Shown piece by piece: positions 27,400 through 36,861 of a DNA stretch of 64,000 nt; position 1 is the first letter of the stretch, and every line of letters starts with the position of its first letter. The DNA comes from Lentisphaeria bacterium (lineage in GTDB: Bacteria; Verrucomicrobiota; Lentisphaeria; JABSQK01; JAWLHB01): positions 186,001-250,000 of the forward strand of contig JAWLHB010000001.1 of the NCBI GenBank assembly GCA_041690595.1. Direction: 5' to 3'. A program made the translations under genes and the position numbers. A model generated the notes under the pieces. The model had not been told where the DNA came from. It saw only the letters and a program-made list of their open reading frames with translations, and did not search any database.

Positions 27400-28114
27400 T
27401 TTGCGCTGCGGTTGGCTCTTCCGTACGCAGTTTGCCGCGGAGCCAGCGCCGGAAGAACTGCTGCCGCAGTGCCTGCGTATCCACCTCATCCGGAGCCTTG
27501 GGGAGTTTTCCCACGACCGCTTCGCGGGAAATCAGCTTGCCCCCTTCCAGCACGGTAAACGAGATGGACTGGCCGGGCTTCCTGGTGCGGATGTAGTGAT
27601 GGAGATCGGCGAAGGAGAGAGCCGGATCCAGCCAGATGTCATCTACTTGCACCAGTTGGTCGCCAACCTGCAGGCTGCCCGGGTCCCCCGGCGGACTGTC
27701 GAGAAGCAGCCGGACCTTGAGCGGCCGGATGAGACGATCCTCGATGCGGACCGGGTGCTCCGTCGGCCGCACGATAATACCCAGATGAGCCTCGTCCGCC
27801 TGGAAAATGTGCTCGCCAACCAGTCGTTGCAGCACCTCCTTCAGGCGTTGGCGCACCTCGGGATCACCGCTCTTCCGGTACTGGAGAACAGCGGCGGCGA
27901 TGACGCCTTGTGGATCACGGTTCCCTGCCGCCACAAGCTCCTGCTGTGCCGACGAGCGCGTGGCGTACTCCGCATCTCCGAGCTGCTCGATCAAGGCAAC
28001 GATTCGTCTCTCCTCTCCCTTCTCAGCCATGGCCGTGGGAGACTCCTGAGCGCGCAGAACACCGCAGGTGAGTGCCAGCGCGAGCATCAGCTTTGTCAGA
28101 GAGCAAGCGTACAT
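27386..28114 (-). CDS. Secreted HEAT-like helical + PDZ domain protein
   Basis: Signal peptide; LIEQLGDAEYATRSSAQQEL, DPEVRQR; HLGI...LQVGDQLVQVD PDZ pattern. Start uncertain. Confidence 0.65.
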   Translation of the reverse strand: MYACSLTKLMLALALTCGVLRAQESPTAMAEKGEERRIVALIEQLGDAEYATRSSAQQELVAAGNRDPQGVIAAAVLQYRKSGDPEVRQRLKEVLQRLVGEHIFQADEAHLGIIVRPTEHPVRIEDRLIRPLKVRLLLDSPPGDPGSLQVGDQLVQVDDIWLDPALSFADLHHYIRTRKPGQSISFTVLEGGKLISREAVVGKLPKAPDEVDTQALRQQFFRRWLRGKLRTEEPTAAQTTAR

Positions 28115-28243
28115 ATAGAGGGGCCGGGGTGAAGGACGGATGCAGGGCATGCAGAGACGGTAACCCGCCACGCGGCGCTTACAAGCTCTTCCGCGACGGC
28201 GTGTGTGGTTGCAAAGGTGTGGGTGGCAGCCTATTTGTACCAC

Positions 28244-29278
28244 ATGATGAGACACTTTTCCAGTCTGATAGTTGTGGTCGTGCTGCTGCTGGCCGGGGGG
28301 TGCAGTCGCTCCCCGGCTCCGGATTACGACCGCCTCAACGTCCTGCTGTTGCGCGAACTCTTTCGTGCCCTATCCGATGGCGAGTATAGCCTCGCAATCC
28401 GAAAGCTCGACCGGCTGGCCGACGCGATGCCCGATGCGCCCAACATTCACGTCCTCCAGCGCAGGCAGATTGACAATATTGCCATCGCCAGGGCGAACCA
28501 GCAGATCCATGAAGGCGACTACGCCCAGGCGCTGGCTTCACTTCGCGAGGCTCGCCTGGAGCATGGCAGCAGCGACCAGCTCGATCTGGCCATCGAGGGG
28601 ATGGAGAAGGTCTTGAAGGTGCAGGAGTACATCGAGGATGGGGTGCCTGACGATCCGCGCCGCCTTGCAATCGCCGTTGACGAGCTGCCTTCTGAACAGA
28701 TCTTCAACAGGGCGCGGGAGCCTTACACGGCATGGCTGTCGGCTCAGCGACGCCTGGCGGCAAATCGCCTGGGTGACGAGAAGCAGGAGCTGATTCGCCG
28801 CACCATGGAGGACCTCGATCTGGCCCTCGTCGCAGGCTCCACGACTGCCGATGACTTGCTGAAGCGGCTCTCCGCCCTGGCGCCGGGAAGTACCATCGTG
28901 GCGGTTGCGCGAAGCAGCGGGAAAGCTGACGCGATTCGCCTCGCCCTGAGGGAAAGTCAGGATGTGAAAGCGCGCGAGATCGCCATCTTCCTGGTTGTCT
29001 ACCAGAAGGGACAAGTGGAGAAGGAGGGGCTGACCGAAGCACTGACCGAAGCGCTGGCTCTTCCGGCCAGGACGCGCTGCGGCCACTATCTGCGTACACA
29101 CGCGCTCCTGGCGAACGGGCAAACCCTCTCCGGCCTGGCTTCCTTGCGCCGGCTGGAGGCCAGAGCCCCTGATGCCGACCTGAAGCCGCTCCAGCAGCTC
29201 TTGCCGTCCGTGGGCGAGGGGAGGGAGGCTGTCTCGGTACCAGGCGTTATCGACATGCTCCGCAAGCTCCTCAAGTAG
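28244..29278 (+). CDS. Hypothetical lipoprotein, helical/TPR-like
   Basis: MMRHFSSLIVVVVLLLAGG-C lipobox; alpha-helical composition. Confidence 0.65.
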   Translation: MMRHFSSLIVVVVLLLAGGCSRSPAPDYDRLNVLLLRELFRALSDGEYSLAIRKLDRLADAMPDAPNIHVLQRRQIDNIAIARANQQIHEGDYAQALASLREARLEHGSSDQLDLAIEGMEKVLKVQEYIEDGVPDDPRRLAIAVDELPSEQIFNRAREPYTAWLSAQRRLAANRLGDEKQELIRRTMEDLDLALVAGSTTADDLLKRLSALAPGSTIVAVARSSGKADAIRLALRESQDVKAREIAIFLVVYQKGQVEKEGLTEALTEALALPARTRCGHYLRTHALLANGQTLSGLASLRRLEARAPDADLKPLQQLLPSVGEGREAVSVPGVIDMLRKLLK

Positions 29279-29282
29279 AAAC

Positions 29283-29322
29283 AAAAACCGCCGGCTTCCG
29301 CTACGAGAGCGAAAACCGGCGG
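29283..29322 (-). terminator. Intrinsic terminator of htpG between convergent genes
   Basis: CCGCCGG (29288-94) and CCGGCGG (29316-22) stem, inner CGCT/AGCG pairing, A5 tract giving a U-run on the minus strand. Confidence 0.75.
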
Positions 29323-29346
29323 CTGGATTTCATGCTTCAGCGGCGC

Positions 29347-31281
29347 TTATTCGCCGGCCTTCACCATCAGGCTGGAGATGAGGCGGGTGAAGCGGAGCGG
29401 ATTCCTTACGGGCGAACCCTCGTTGAGGAGCGCTTGATCGTACAGCAACTCCACGTAGTCCTTCAGGCGATCGTTCTCCGCATCCTTGCCATGCAGCTCC
29501 TTCATCACGCCGAAGACTTGATGCGTGGGGTTGATCTCGAGGATCCGCTTGCCAGGAACGAAGTCCTGATTGGCGGCGCGGAAGAGACGCTCCATGTGGG
29601 CGTTCATCCCCTGCTTGTCGGCCACCAGGCAGCAGGCACTATCGGTGAGCCGGCTGGAAATGCGCACTTCCTTGACCTGCTCGTCGAGCTGCTTCTGGAT
29701 GTAGTCGAGCAGCTCCTTGTACTCGTCCTTCTGCTTCTCGCGTTCCTCCTTCTTCTCTTCCTTCTCTTCCTCGGAGTCCAGCTCGATCTCTCCCTGATTG
29801 ATCGGGGTGAGCTTCTTCTCCTGGTACTCGTTGAGCGACTGCACGACCCACTCGTCGATGGGGTCGGTCAGGAAGAGCACCTCGTAGCCGCGCTTGTTGA
29901 ACGCTTCCAGATACGGGGAGTTGGCGACCACATCGCGGCTGTCGCCGGTGATGAAATAAATCTCCTTCTGCGTGGAAGGCATGCGGTCGACGTACTGTTT
30001 GAGCGAGACGAAATCGTCCTTCTCGGTGGTCGAACTACGGAACAGCAGCAGTTCCTGCAGCTTCTCCTTGTTGGCATAGTCGAAATGAATGCCTTCCTTG
30101 ACGACCTTGCCCAGTTCCTTCCAGAACTCCACGTACTTCTCGTACTTCTTCTCCTTCAGATCCGCCAGCGCACCGAGGATCTTGCCGACCAGGCTCTTGC
30201 GGATGCGCTGCACGATGACGTGATCCTGCAGCGTTTCCCGGGAGACATTGAGCGGCAGGTCGCTGGAATCGACTACCCCGGCTACAAAGCGCAGATACTC
30301 GGGCAGAAGGTCCTTGCAGTCATCCGAGATGAAGACATTCTTGACGTAGAGGTGCAGCCCCTTGTGCTCTTCGCGCGAAAGGATGTTCCACGGAGCGCTG
30401 CTCGGAATGAAGAGGAGTGAGCTGAACTCATTGACCCCTTCCGCCTTGAAGTGGATGGTTTCGAGGGGCTTGTCGAAATTATGGGAGATGTGACGGTAGA
30501 ACTCCTGATACTCATCCTCCGTGATCTCGCTCTTCGTCCGCTTCCAGATCGCCTTCATCGAGTTGAGCGTCTCCTCGCTCACCGTCTCGATCGCCTCGGC
30601 ATCCTCATCGGGCTTGCCGTCCTCATCCAACGGCTGTTCCTTGCGGGTGATATCCATGGCGATGGGGTAGGCAACGAAGTCGGAGTAGGTCTGGATGATC
30701 TTGCGCAGCCGCCATTCCTCCAGAAACTCCGTCTCGTCCTCACGCAGGTGCATGATCACGTCGGTGCCGCGGCTCTCCTTCTCGGCATCCGCAATGATGT
30801 AGGTGCCGTCGCCGGTCGATTCCCAGTGGACGCCTGCCGCCTTATCGCCAGCGCGCCGAGTCAGCACTTCCACCTTCTCGGCCACCATGAAGGCCGAGTA
30901 GAAGCCGACGCCGAACTGGCCGATCAGCTCGATGGGGCTCGCGTCCTTGTTCTGCTTCATCTCGTCGATGAAGCGTCGGGTGCCGGAGCTGGCGATAGTG
31001 CCGATGTTCGCCTCCACCTCATCCTTCGTCATGCCGATGCCATTGTCCCGGATGGTGAGGGTTCGCGTCGCCTTGTCTGGGATCAGTTTGATCTTCCAGT
31101 TCGGATCGTCTTCGAGAACGCTGTCGTCCTTGAGCGACTCATAGCGGCCGCGATCGATCGCATCCGACGCATTCGAGATCAGCTCACGCAGGAAGATCTC
31201 CTTGCGCGTGTAGAGCGAGTGGATGACGATGTCCAGCAGCTGCTGAACCTCTGTTTTGAACTTCTTCTTGCTTGTTGACAT
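29347..31281 (-). CDS. htpG: Molecular chaperone HtpG (Hsp90)
   Basis: [53 protein letters not shown]. Confidence 0.98.
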   Translation of the reverse strand: MSTSKKKFKTEVQQLLDIVIHSLYTRKEIFLRELISNASDAIDRGRYESLKDDSVLEDDPNWKIKLIPDKATRTLTIRDNGIGMTKDEVEANIGTIASSGTRRFIDEMKQNKDASPIELIGQFGVGFYSAFMVAEKVEVLTRRAGDKAAGVHWESTGDGTYIIADAEKESRGTDVIMHLREDETEFLEEWRLRKIIQTYSDFVAYPIAMDITRKEQPLDEDGKPDEDAEAIETVSEETLNSMKAIWKRTKSEITEDEYQEFYRHISHNFDKPLETIHFKAEGVNEFSSLLFIPSSAPWNILSREEHKGLHLYVKNVFISDDCKDLLPEYLRFVAGVVDSSDLPLNVSRETLQDHVIVQRIRKSLVGKILGALADLKEKKYEKYVEFWKELGKVVKEGIHFDYANKEKLQELLLFRSSTTEKDDFVSLKQYVDRMPSTQKEIYFITGDSRDVVANSPYLEAFNKRGYEVLFLTDPIDEWVVQSLNEYQEKKLTPINQGEIELDSEEEKEEKKEEREKQKDEYKELLDYIQKQLDEQVKEVRISSRLTDSACCLVADKQGMNAHMERLFRAANQDFVPGKRILEINPTHQVFGVMKELHGKDAENDRLKDYVELLYDQALLNEGSPVRNPLRFTRLISSLMVKAGE

Positions 31282-31387
31282 GCTGTGATGTCTCTCCTTC
31301 ATTCAGTGTTGTATGACAGGGGATGAGAATATGCTGACAAGTGCACGCTCCCAAGCCAGAACTGCCAGTATGGCCGGGTAAGCTCAA

Positions 31388-31415
31388 AAGATACACGATT
31401 TCCCTCCCCTGTCAA
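31388..31415 (-). promoter_or_regulatory. Sigma70-type promoter candidate for htpG
   Basis: Minus strand TTGACA-N16-TATCTT. Confidence 0.45.
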
Positions 31416-31646
31416 TACCGCTTCCCGAGTGGACGAGCACCACAAAAAACCGAACAGGCCCCCGGCCGGATAATTGCGTTCTGCTCCTTGCCACCAGCAC
31501 TTTATGCCATATTGTAGCGCTTAATGAGATAGACGGGAATGCGAAGCATGGCGTCCGGGGACCAGGAAACTGGTGAATATTTGCTTAGCGACCTCCTGTT
31601 TCTCATGGATTTCCTCTACGTGTATAGCTGAAACCAAAGGTTGGTT

Positions 31647-32645
31647 ATGCGTGACATACCGCTGATCTCTGTCGTCCTCTCCTTCCGCAATGAAGCTGAT
31701 GTCCTGGGCGCTTTGGTCGACCGCTTGAGAAACGTCCTTCTTCAACTGGAAGTTCGCTACGAACTTATCTTCATCAATGATGACTCCACGGACAATTCGC
31801 AGGAGATACTTCAGGAGCTTCGGGCGGCGGACCCATGTATCAAGATACTGACGACGTCGCGACGCATGGGTGTTTCGGAATGCGTGCTTGCCGGGTTCAG
31901 ATACTCGACCGGTGATGCGGTTGTCTACATGGATACGGACTTGCAGGATCCGCCGGAGGTGATCAGCGAACTCTTTGCCAAATGGGTGAACGGCGCGGAC
32001 GTTGCCTATACGGTAAGGCTGAGCCGCGAAGGCGAGTCCAGATTCAAACTGATGGCCACCGCCGTTGCCTATCGCGTTATCAACCGCATCTCATCCGTCG
32101 ATTTGCCGGTAGATGCAGGCGACTTCAAGTTGCTGTCGCGACGGGTGGTGGATCTCATCCTGCAGCTTCGGGAGCGTAATCCTTACCTTCGCGGGATGAT
32201 CGCTTGGGCCGGATTTCGCCAGGAGCCCGTCTTCTACGTGCGGCAGCGACGTGCTGGGGGGACCACCCACTTCCCGCTGCTGCGCAGCATAGGGCCGCTC
32301 AAGATGCTGGTTCTGGGGATAACCTCCTATTCGCTTGTTCCGGTAATGATGGCTCTGGTTGTCGGCACGGCGCTGCTCGCCCTCGCACCGGTCCTGCTCT
32401 TGGTGCTTGTCCTGGGCGCACTGCTCGGCGATTGGGTCTCTGCCGCTTGGTGGATTGGCTGGGGGCTCTACACCTCCACGGCGCTTCATCTCTTCTTCCT
32501 CGGTTGGGCATCCCTCTATATTGGCAGGATATTTGACGATGTCCGGCGACGCCCAAACTTCATCATCAAGGACGCCATCGGATTCGATGTGCGGGAGTCA
32601 TTGGGGACGGCAATCGATGTCGGTGAGCGCTCGCTGCTTCAATGA
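31647..32645 (+). CDS. GT2 polyprenol-phosphate glycosyltransferase (GtrB/ArnC-like)
   Basis: INDDSTD, MDTDLQDPPE, AGDFKLLSR, two C-terminal TMs, YIGRIF...RP. Confidence 0.92.
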   Translation: MRDIPLISVVLSFRNEADVLGALVDRLRNVLLQLEVRYELIFINDDSTDNSQEILQELRAADPCIKILTTSRRMGVSECVLAGFRYSTGDAVVYMDTDLQDPPEVISELFAKWVNGADVAYTVRLSREGESRFKLMATAVAYRVINRISSVDLPVDAGDFKLLSRRVVDLILQLRERNPYLRGMIAWAGFRQEPVFYVRQRRAGGTTHFPLLRSIGPLKMLVLGITSYSLVPVMMALVVGTALLALAPVLLLVLVLGALLGDWVSAAWWIGWGLYTSTALHLFFLGWASLYIGRIFDDVRRRPNFIIKDAIGFDVRESLGTAIDVGERSLLQ

Positions 32646-34575
32646 GGCTGGAAATCGCCTGCATCTGCTCCTCTTTCTGGCGATGCTGCTCGGGGCTGGA
32701 CTTGCTTACCCCTATGCGACCTTGCAGGTGGCTGCCGAGCCGGCCCAGGTGGTTGCCGGGCTGGTTGACTATCCTGATGGTAATCCAAACCTGATCTACC
32801 AGACCAAACTCTGGACAATCTGGCATCAGACGCTGGCTGTGCTGCTTCGCCTCGGCGTCAGCGAGGCCGTCTGCTCGTCCCTGCTCACCATGCTGGCGGG
32901 GGCCGCATACGCAACGGCTTTCGCACTTATCGGTTATGTTCTTACGCGCTCCGTGCTACTGGCGCTGGCCATCGTCCCCTTTGCCTTGATGCTGCCACTG
33001 GCGCCTTGGGGCGTTCAGTACCCCCTCAGCTTCATCGACTCGACCCACACCTACGGCGTCTTGGGACTGGCCGGCAGCATTCTGGTACTGGGGCTGCTCG
33101 TCAACAAGTATCATGCCTCTGCTCTCCTGCTGGCGGGACTGATGCCGGCTATACACCCCTCTCTTGGCGTCTGGCTTTGCTTCAATCTGTGCCTTGCCGC
33201 GATCTTCGATCTTCGTCACACCTTGCACATCCTCAAACGATACTGGTGGTGGCTGGCGGCCGGTATTACCCTCTCCGTGCTTAGCCTCATCTGGCAGCTC
33301 GCATTCATCGCGCGGGTACCAACCGTCGATCCTCTTCAGAAAGCACAGTTCCTGGAAATCTATCTGCGACATTGGGACTATCACCGCCGTCCCATCGATT
33401 TCACCAGCAATTCGATCCTGCTGCTCTGCGCGGAAGCGCTCCTGATCGGCGGGTGGCTGCGTTTCCGCAGGTGGCAACTCTCCTGGCGCCAGGCATTCCT
33501 GCTCAGGTTTACCCTGATCGCCATCCTATCCGGCTTGCTCAGTTGCCTTCTCGTTGTCCTTTTCCCATTCAAGGTCCCCGATCTCCTGCTCATCCTCATG
33601 CCGAACCGGGCACTCAATGCCGCACTTGCCATCGCTATACCCCTTGTTATCAGCCTCATCTGGATAAGTCGACCCATCTTCTGGGGCTATCTGTCCCTGA
33701 TAGTCGTTGGTTTGGGCATGTTCCTGCTGCACTTGCCTTTCCCCTTGGCGCTTGCGGGCGGTGGCCTGGTGCTCCTGCTGCTGCCGAAGCATCGCGACAG
33801 TTCCGTCCTGCTGCGGCTCGCTTTCCTGGCTGGCGGAGGACTGCTGTACTGGTTTGGAATCACGGCGCTGTTTCACCGGTCGCTTGGCCGCAGCCTCAGC
33901 CTTTCGCTGAATATGGTGGCTATCGCCGTCATCTGCATCGCGATCATCTGCCTTTTCCACGGACAACTCGACGCTTGGATACGAAAGCTTCTCCCGGTGC
34001 CGGCTAAGTTGGTCAGCTACCTGAAACGTGTCGACAGGCGGCGCCAACCACTGGGGCTGGCACGTCATGCCTTTGTGTGGATTGCCCTCGGTCTGCTCAT
34101 CGTCACCGCCGCGTTCAGGCTTGCGACTTCCGCGCCGGATTCGGTGGAACGGCGGAACCGTCTGGCGGATTGGCGAACGGATACCTTTCTGGCTGCGGTT
34201 TCACGGCAAGATGGCATGGTTGTCGTCGCGCCAGGCTATGCCCAGCTTCAACTGCGTACGCGGCGTCCGGTACTGCTTGATGTCGCCTCCCTCGATGGGC
34301 TTCCTTATGCAATCGAAGGTGCCCCGCTGGCCAATGAGATGCTCCGTGAGATCTATGGAGTCGACCTGTTGGATCCTCGTCACTGGGATACCCACTTCGG
34401 TATGCTCAATGAAGAGCCGACTCGCTCACAGTGGGCAACGAGAACCCCGGCGGAATGGCAACGGCTCGCGGATAGCTTCGACTTTCAGTTGGTTTTTGCT
34501 CACAGCAGATGGCGTATCCAGCTTCAGCCGGTGGCGCAATCCCACTACTACACGCTCTACCGCGTCCGACCATAG
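32617..34575 (+). CDS. Polytopic membrane protein, possibly a GT-C-fold glycosyltransferase
   Basis: More than 12 hydrophobic segments, IHP motif, soluble C-terminal domain (LRTRRPVL); lies between GT2 and sugar-modification genes. Start uncertain. Confidence 0.55.
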   Translation: MSVSARCFNEAGNRLHLLLFLAMLLGAGLAYPYATLQVAAEPAQVVAGLVDYPDGNPNLIYQTKLWTIWHQTLAVLLRLGVSEAVCSSLLTMLAGAAYATAFALIGYVLTRSVLLALAIVPFALMLPLAPWGVQYPLSFIDSTHTYGVLGLAGSILVLGLLVNKYHASALLLAGLMPAIHPSLGVWLCFNLCLAAIFDLRHTLHILKRYWWWLAAGITLSVLSLIWQLAFIARVPTVDPLQKAQFLEIYLRHWDYHRRPIDFTSNSILLLCAEALLIGGWLRFRRWQLSWRQAFLLRFTLIAILSGLLSCLLVVLFPFKVPDLLLILMPNRALNAALAIAIPLVISLIWISRPIFWGYLSLIVVGLGMFLLHLPFPLALAGGGLVLLLLPKHRDSSVLLRLAFLAGGGLLYWFGITALFHRSLGRSLSLSLNMVAIAVICIAIICLFHGQLDAWIRKLLPVPAKLVSYLKRVDRRRQPLGLARHAFVWIALGLLIVTAAFRLATSAPDSVERRNRLADWRTDTFLAAVSRQDGMVVVAPGYAQLQLRTRRPVLLDVASLDGLPYAIEGAPLANEMLREIYGVDLLDPRHWDTHFGMLNEEPTRSQWATRTPAEWQRLADSFDFQLVFAHSRWRIQLQPVAQSHYYTLYRVRP

Positions 34576-34648
34576 CCCATTCTGCCAAAGCATTCGATGG
34601 TCAGGCATCGGGATAGGAGGTACATTGGGATCATCGGAATAACGGGCC

Positions 34649-35128
34649 ATGGCAGACACCGAAGGAGAAGGCATGGACGCAATCAAGGTCAGGCACAGCG
34701 GCTGGATCGAGTTGAGCAAGATATCCGACGCCCCGGATGGCGACTTGTCGGTGATGGAGGTGGGGCGGGACATTCCATTTCTCATCAGGCGCGCGTACTA
34801 CATCAACAACATTCAGAACGTGGTCAGCATTCGTGGCAAGCACGCACATCGGACCTTGCGGCAGGTCATCTTCTGCATCAGCGGCAGTTGCATCCTCTCC
34901 TTGGACGATGGAGAAACACGCCAGGATGTGCGGCTGTGGCGCGACAATACAGGCGTACTTCTCGATCCAGGTCTCTGGCACACGATGCACAGCTTCACGG
35001 CCGGCTGCATCCTGCTGGTCGTCGCCTCCGATGTCTATGAGGAAGCCGACTACATTCGCGATTATCAGGAGTTCCTGCGCTTCACGCGCGCGAACGGTCG
35101 TGAGGTTGCCGGCGAAGAGCAGTTGTAA
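34649..35128 (+). CDS. dTDP-6-deoxy-sugar 3,4-ketoisomerase (FdtA/QdtA/WxcM cupin)
   Basis: IPFLIRRAYY, RGKHAH, LSLDDG, WHTM, LLVVASDVY...DYIRDY. Confidence 0.92.
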   Translation: MADTEGEGMDAIKVRHSGWIELSKISDAPDGDLSVMEVGRDIPFLIRRAYYINNIQNVVSIRGKHAHRTLRQVIFCISGSCILSLDDGETRQDVRLWRDNTGVLLDPGLWHTMHSFTAGCILLVVASDVYEEADYIRDYQEFLRFTRANGREVAGEEQL

Positions 35129-35194
35129 GGGGGCAGGTGGTCGACTATCTTTCACACCGGTTGAAAGAGGCTCAGCACCTTGCGAGGATTACTC

Positions 35195-36118
35195 ATGCTC
35201 GAGACAGTTTCGGTCGTCATTCCCTGTTACAACTCCGCCGACACACTCGAAAAGGCCGTAGAAGAGGTGGAGGCGGCGCTCTCCCCCCGATACAGGGTGG
35301 AGTTCGTCCTGGTTAACGACGGCAGCGCGGACGGAACCTGGGCCTGCATCGAGAAGCTGCATCAGCGCTTCGAGCGCGTAATCGGCATTCAGCACATGCG
35401 CAATTTTGGTGAACACAGCGCCGTCATGACCGGGCTGCGCCACGTCACCGGAGACGCCGCGGTAATCATCGACGACGACGGTCAGCATCCCCCGGATGCC
35501 ATACTGGCACTGCTCGCGGCATTGGAGGGTGACGACTGCGATGTCGTCTTTGGCAGTTACGAGCAGAAGCAGCATGCGCTCTGGCGCAATCTGGGCAGCT
35601 GGCTCAATGGGGTGGTGGGCAACCTCGTACTCAAGAAGCCCCGGGATATCTATCTCTCCAGTTTCAAGGCGATTCGCCGGCAGATCGTGGACGAGCTGGT
35701 GAAGTACACGGGGCCGTATGTCTATGTAGATGGCTTGTTGTTCTGGTTGACGGATCGCTGTAAGCAGATTCAGGTGCGCCATCGGGAACGGCAGGGCGGA
35801 CGTTCGAACTACAACATGCACCGGCTCCTGTCGCTGCATTTGAATCTGGTGACCGGCTTCAGCATCCTGCCGCTGCGGCTGGCGAGCATCATGGGCTTCA
35901 TGCTGGCCCTCGTCGGCATGATCATGGCGGTTGTAGTGGTCATCGAAAAACTGACCGATCCGACCCTGCAGGTCGGCTGGGCGTCACAGATTGTGGCCGT
36001 CCTCCTCATCGGCGGCATCCAACTGGGCATGCTGGGGGTCGTGGGCGAATACACCGGACGGATCTTCCTGATGATCAACCGCAAACCGCAATCCGTGATT
36101 CGGTCGGTGATCCGGTGA
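35195..36118 (+). CDS. GT2 polyprenol-phosphate glycosyltransferase (ArnC-like)
   Basis: VIPCYN, VNDGSAD, RNFGEH, IDDDGQHPP, GEYTGRI. Confidence 0.93.
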   Translation: MLETVSVVIPCYNSADTLEKAVEEVEAALSPRYRVEFVLVNDGSADGTWACIEKLHQRFERVIGIQHMRNFGEHSAVMTGLRHVTGDAAVIIDDDGQHPPDAILALLAALEGDDCDVVFGSYEQKQHALWRNLGSWLNGVVGNLVLKKPRDIYLSSFKAIRRQIVDELVKYTGPYVYVDGLLFWLTDRCKQIQVRHRERQGGRSNYNMHRLLSLHLNLVTGFSILPLRLASIMGFMLALVGMIMAVVVVIEKLTDPTLQVGWASQIVAVLLIGGIQLGMLGVVGEYTGRIFLMINRKPQSVIRSVIR

Positions 36119-36861
36119 AGCCGTTTGAATACGCTGCGCTGGCGGACGTGGAAGACAGGCACTGGTGGTTTCGACTCCTTCGCGAGGAAATCATCGCCGC
36201 CATCGACGCTCACTTTGGCGATCGGCGCAACTTGCGCATGCTGGACGCAGGCTGCGGCACGGGGGGGCTCATCGCCCATCTCCTCAAGCATGGGCCGGTT
36301 GAGCGCGCCGTCGGCATCGACTACAATCCCCTCGCGCTTCACTATGCACAGCACAAATGCACGGCGCATCTGGTCCGAGCGGATGCAACGCAGTTGCCCT
36401 TTGCCGACGGTGTCTTCGACCTCATCACCAGCATCGATGTTCTCTACGCTCGGGAAGCGTACGTCAATTTCGACCGGGCCCTTGGCGAAGTGCGGCGATG
36501 CCTGCGGCCGGGCGGATTGTTCATCCTGCAGCTGCCGGCCTATCAGTGGATGCGAAGCCAGCATGACACCAATGTGCACACGGCCCACCGTTTCGTGCTG
36601 GCCGAGGTTCATGCGCGTCTGCTGGAGGCCGGTTTCGCTGCGCCCAGCGTATTCTACCGCTATTCGTTACTGCTTCCGCTGGCGCTGGTTGCGCGGCACC
36701 TGCGAAAAGGCCAGGCTGACAGGAGCGAGGTACAGGCCCTGCCCGGATGGTCGGATACCATCTTTTATCGCGTCGCGCGAGTTGAGCAATACCTGGGGCG
36801 CTGGCGTTTGCCGTTTGGCCTGTCGGTCTTTGCGGTGGTTGCAAAAGCGAGGGAGCCATGA
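36115..36861 (+). CDS. Class I SAM-dependent methyltransferase
   Basis: EDRHWWF, LDAGCGTG, LPF...FD, LRPGG, PAYQW..SQHD. Confidence 0.92.
   Translation: MKPFEYAALADVEDRHWWFRLLREEIIAAIDAHFGDRRNLRMLDAGCGTGGLIAHLLKHGPVERAVGIDYNPLALHYAQHKCTAHLVRADATQLPFADGVFDLITSIDVLYAREAYVNFDRALGEVRRCLRPGGLFILQLPAYQWMRSQHDTNVHTAHRFVLAEVHARLLEAGFAAPSVFYRYSLLLPLALVARHLRKGQADRSEVQALPGWSDTIFYRVARVEQYLGRWRLPFGLSVFAVVAKAREP

Noticed and set aside
29332..31278. Long ORFs antisense to htpG
   Set aside because: Mirror frames of a strongly codon-biased gene.
31342..31368. CIRCE-like element upstream of htpG (CTGGCAGTT-N9-GAGCGTGCA on the minus strand)
   Set aside because: Only 5 of 9 matches per arm to TTAGCACTC-N9-GAGTGCTAA and the arms pair poorly. 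The position is suggestive but not enough.
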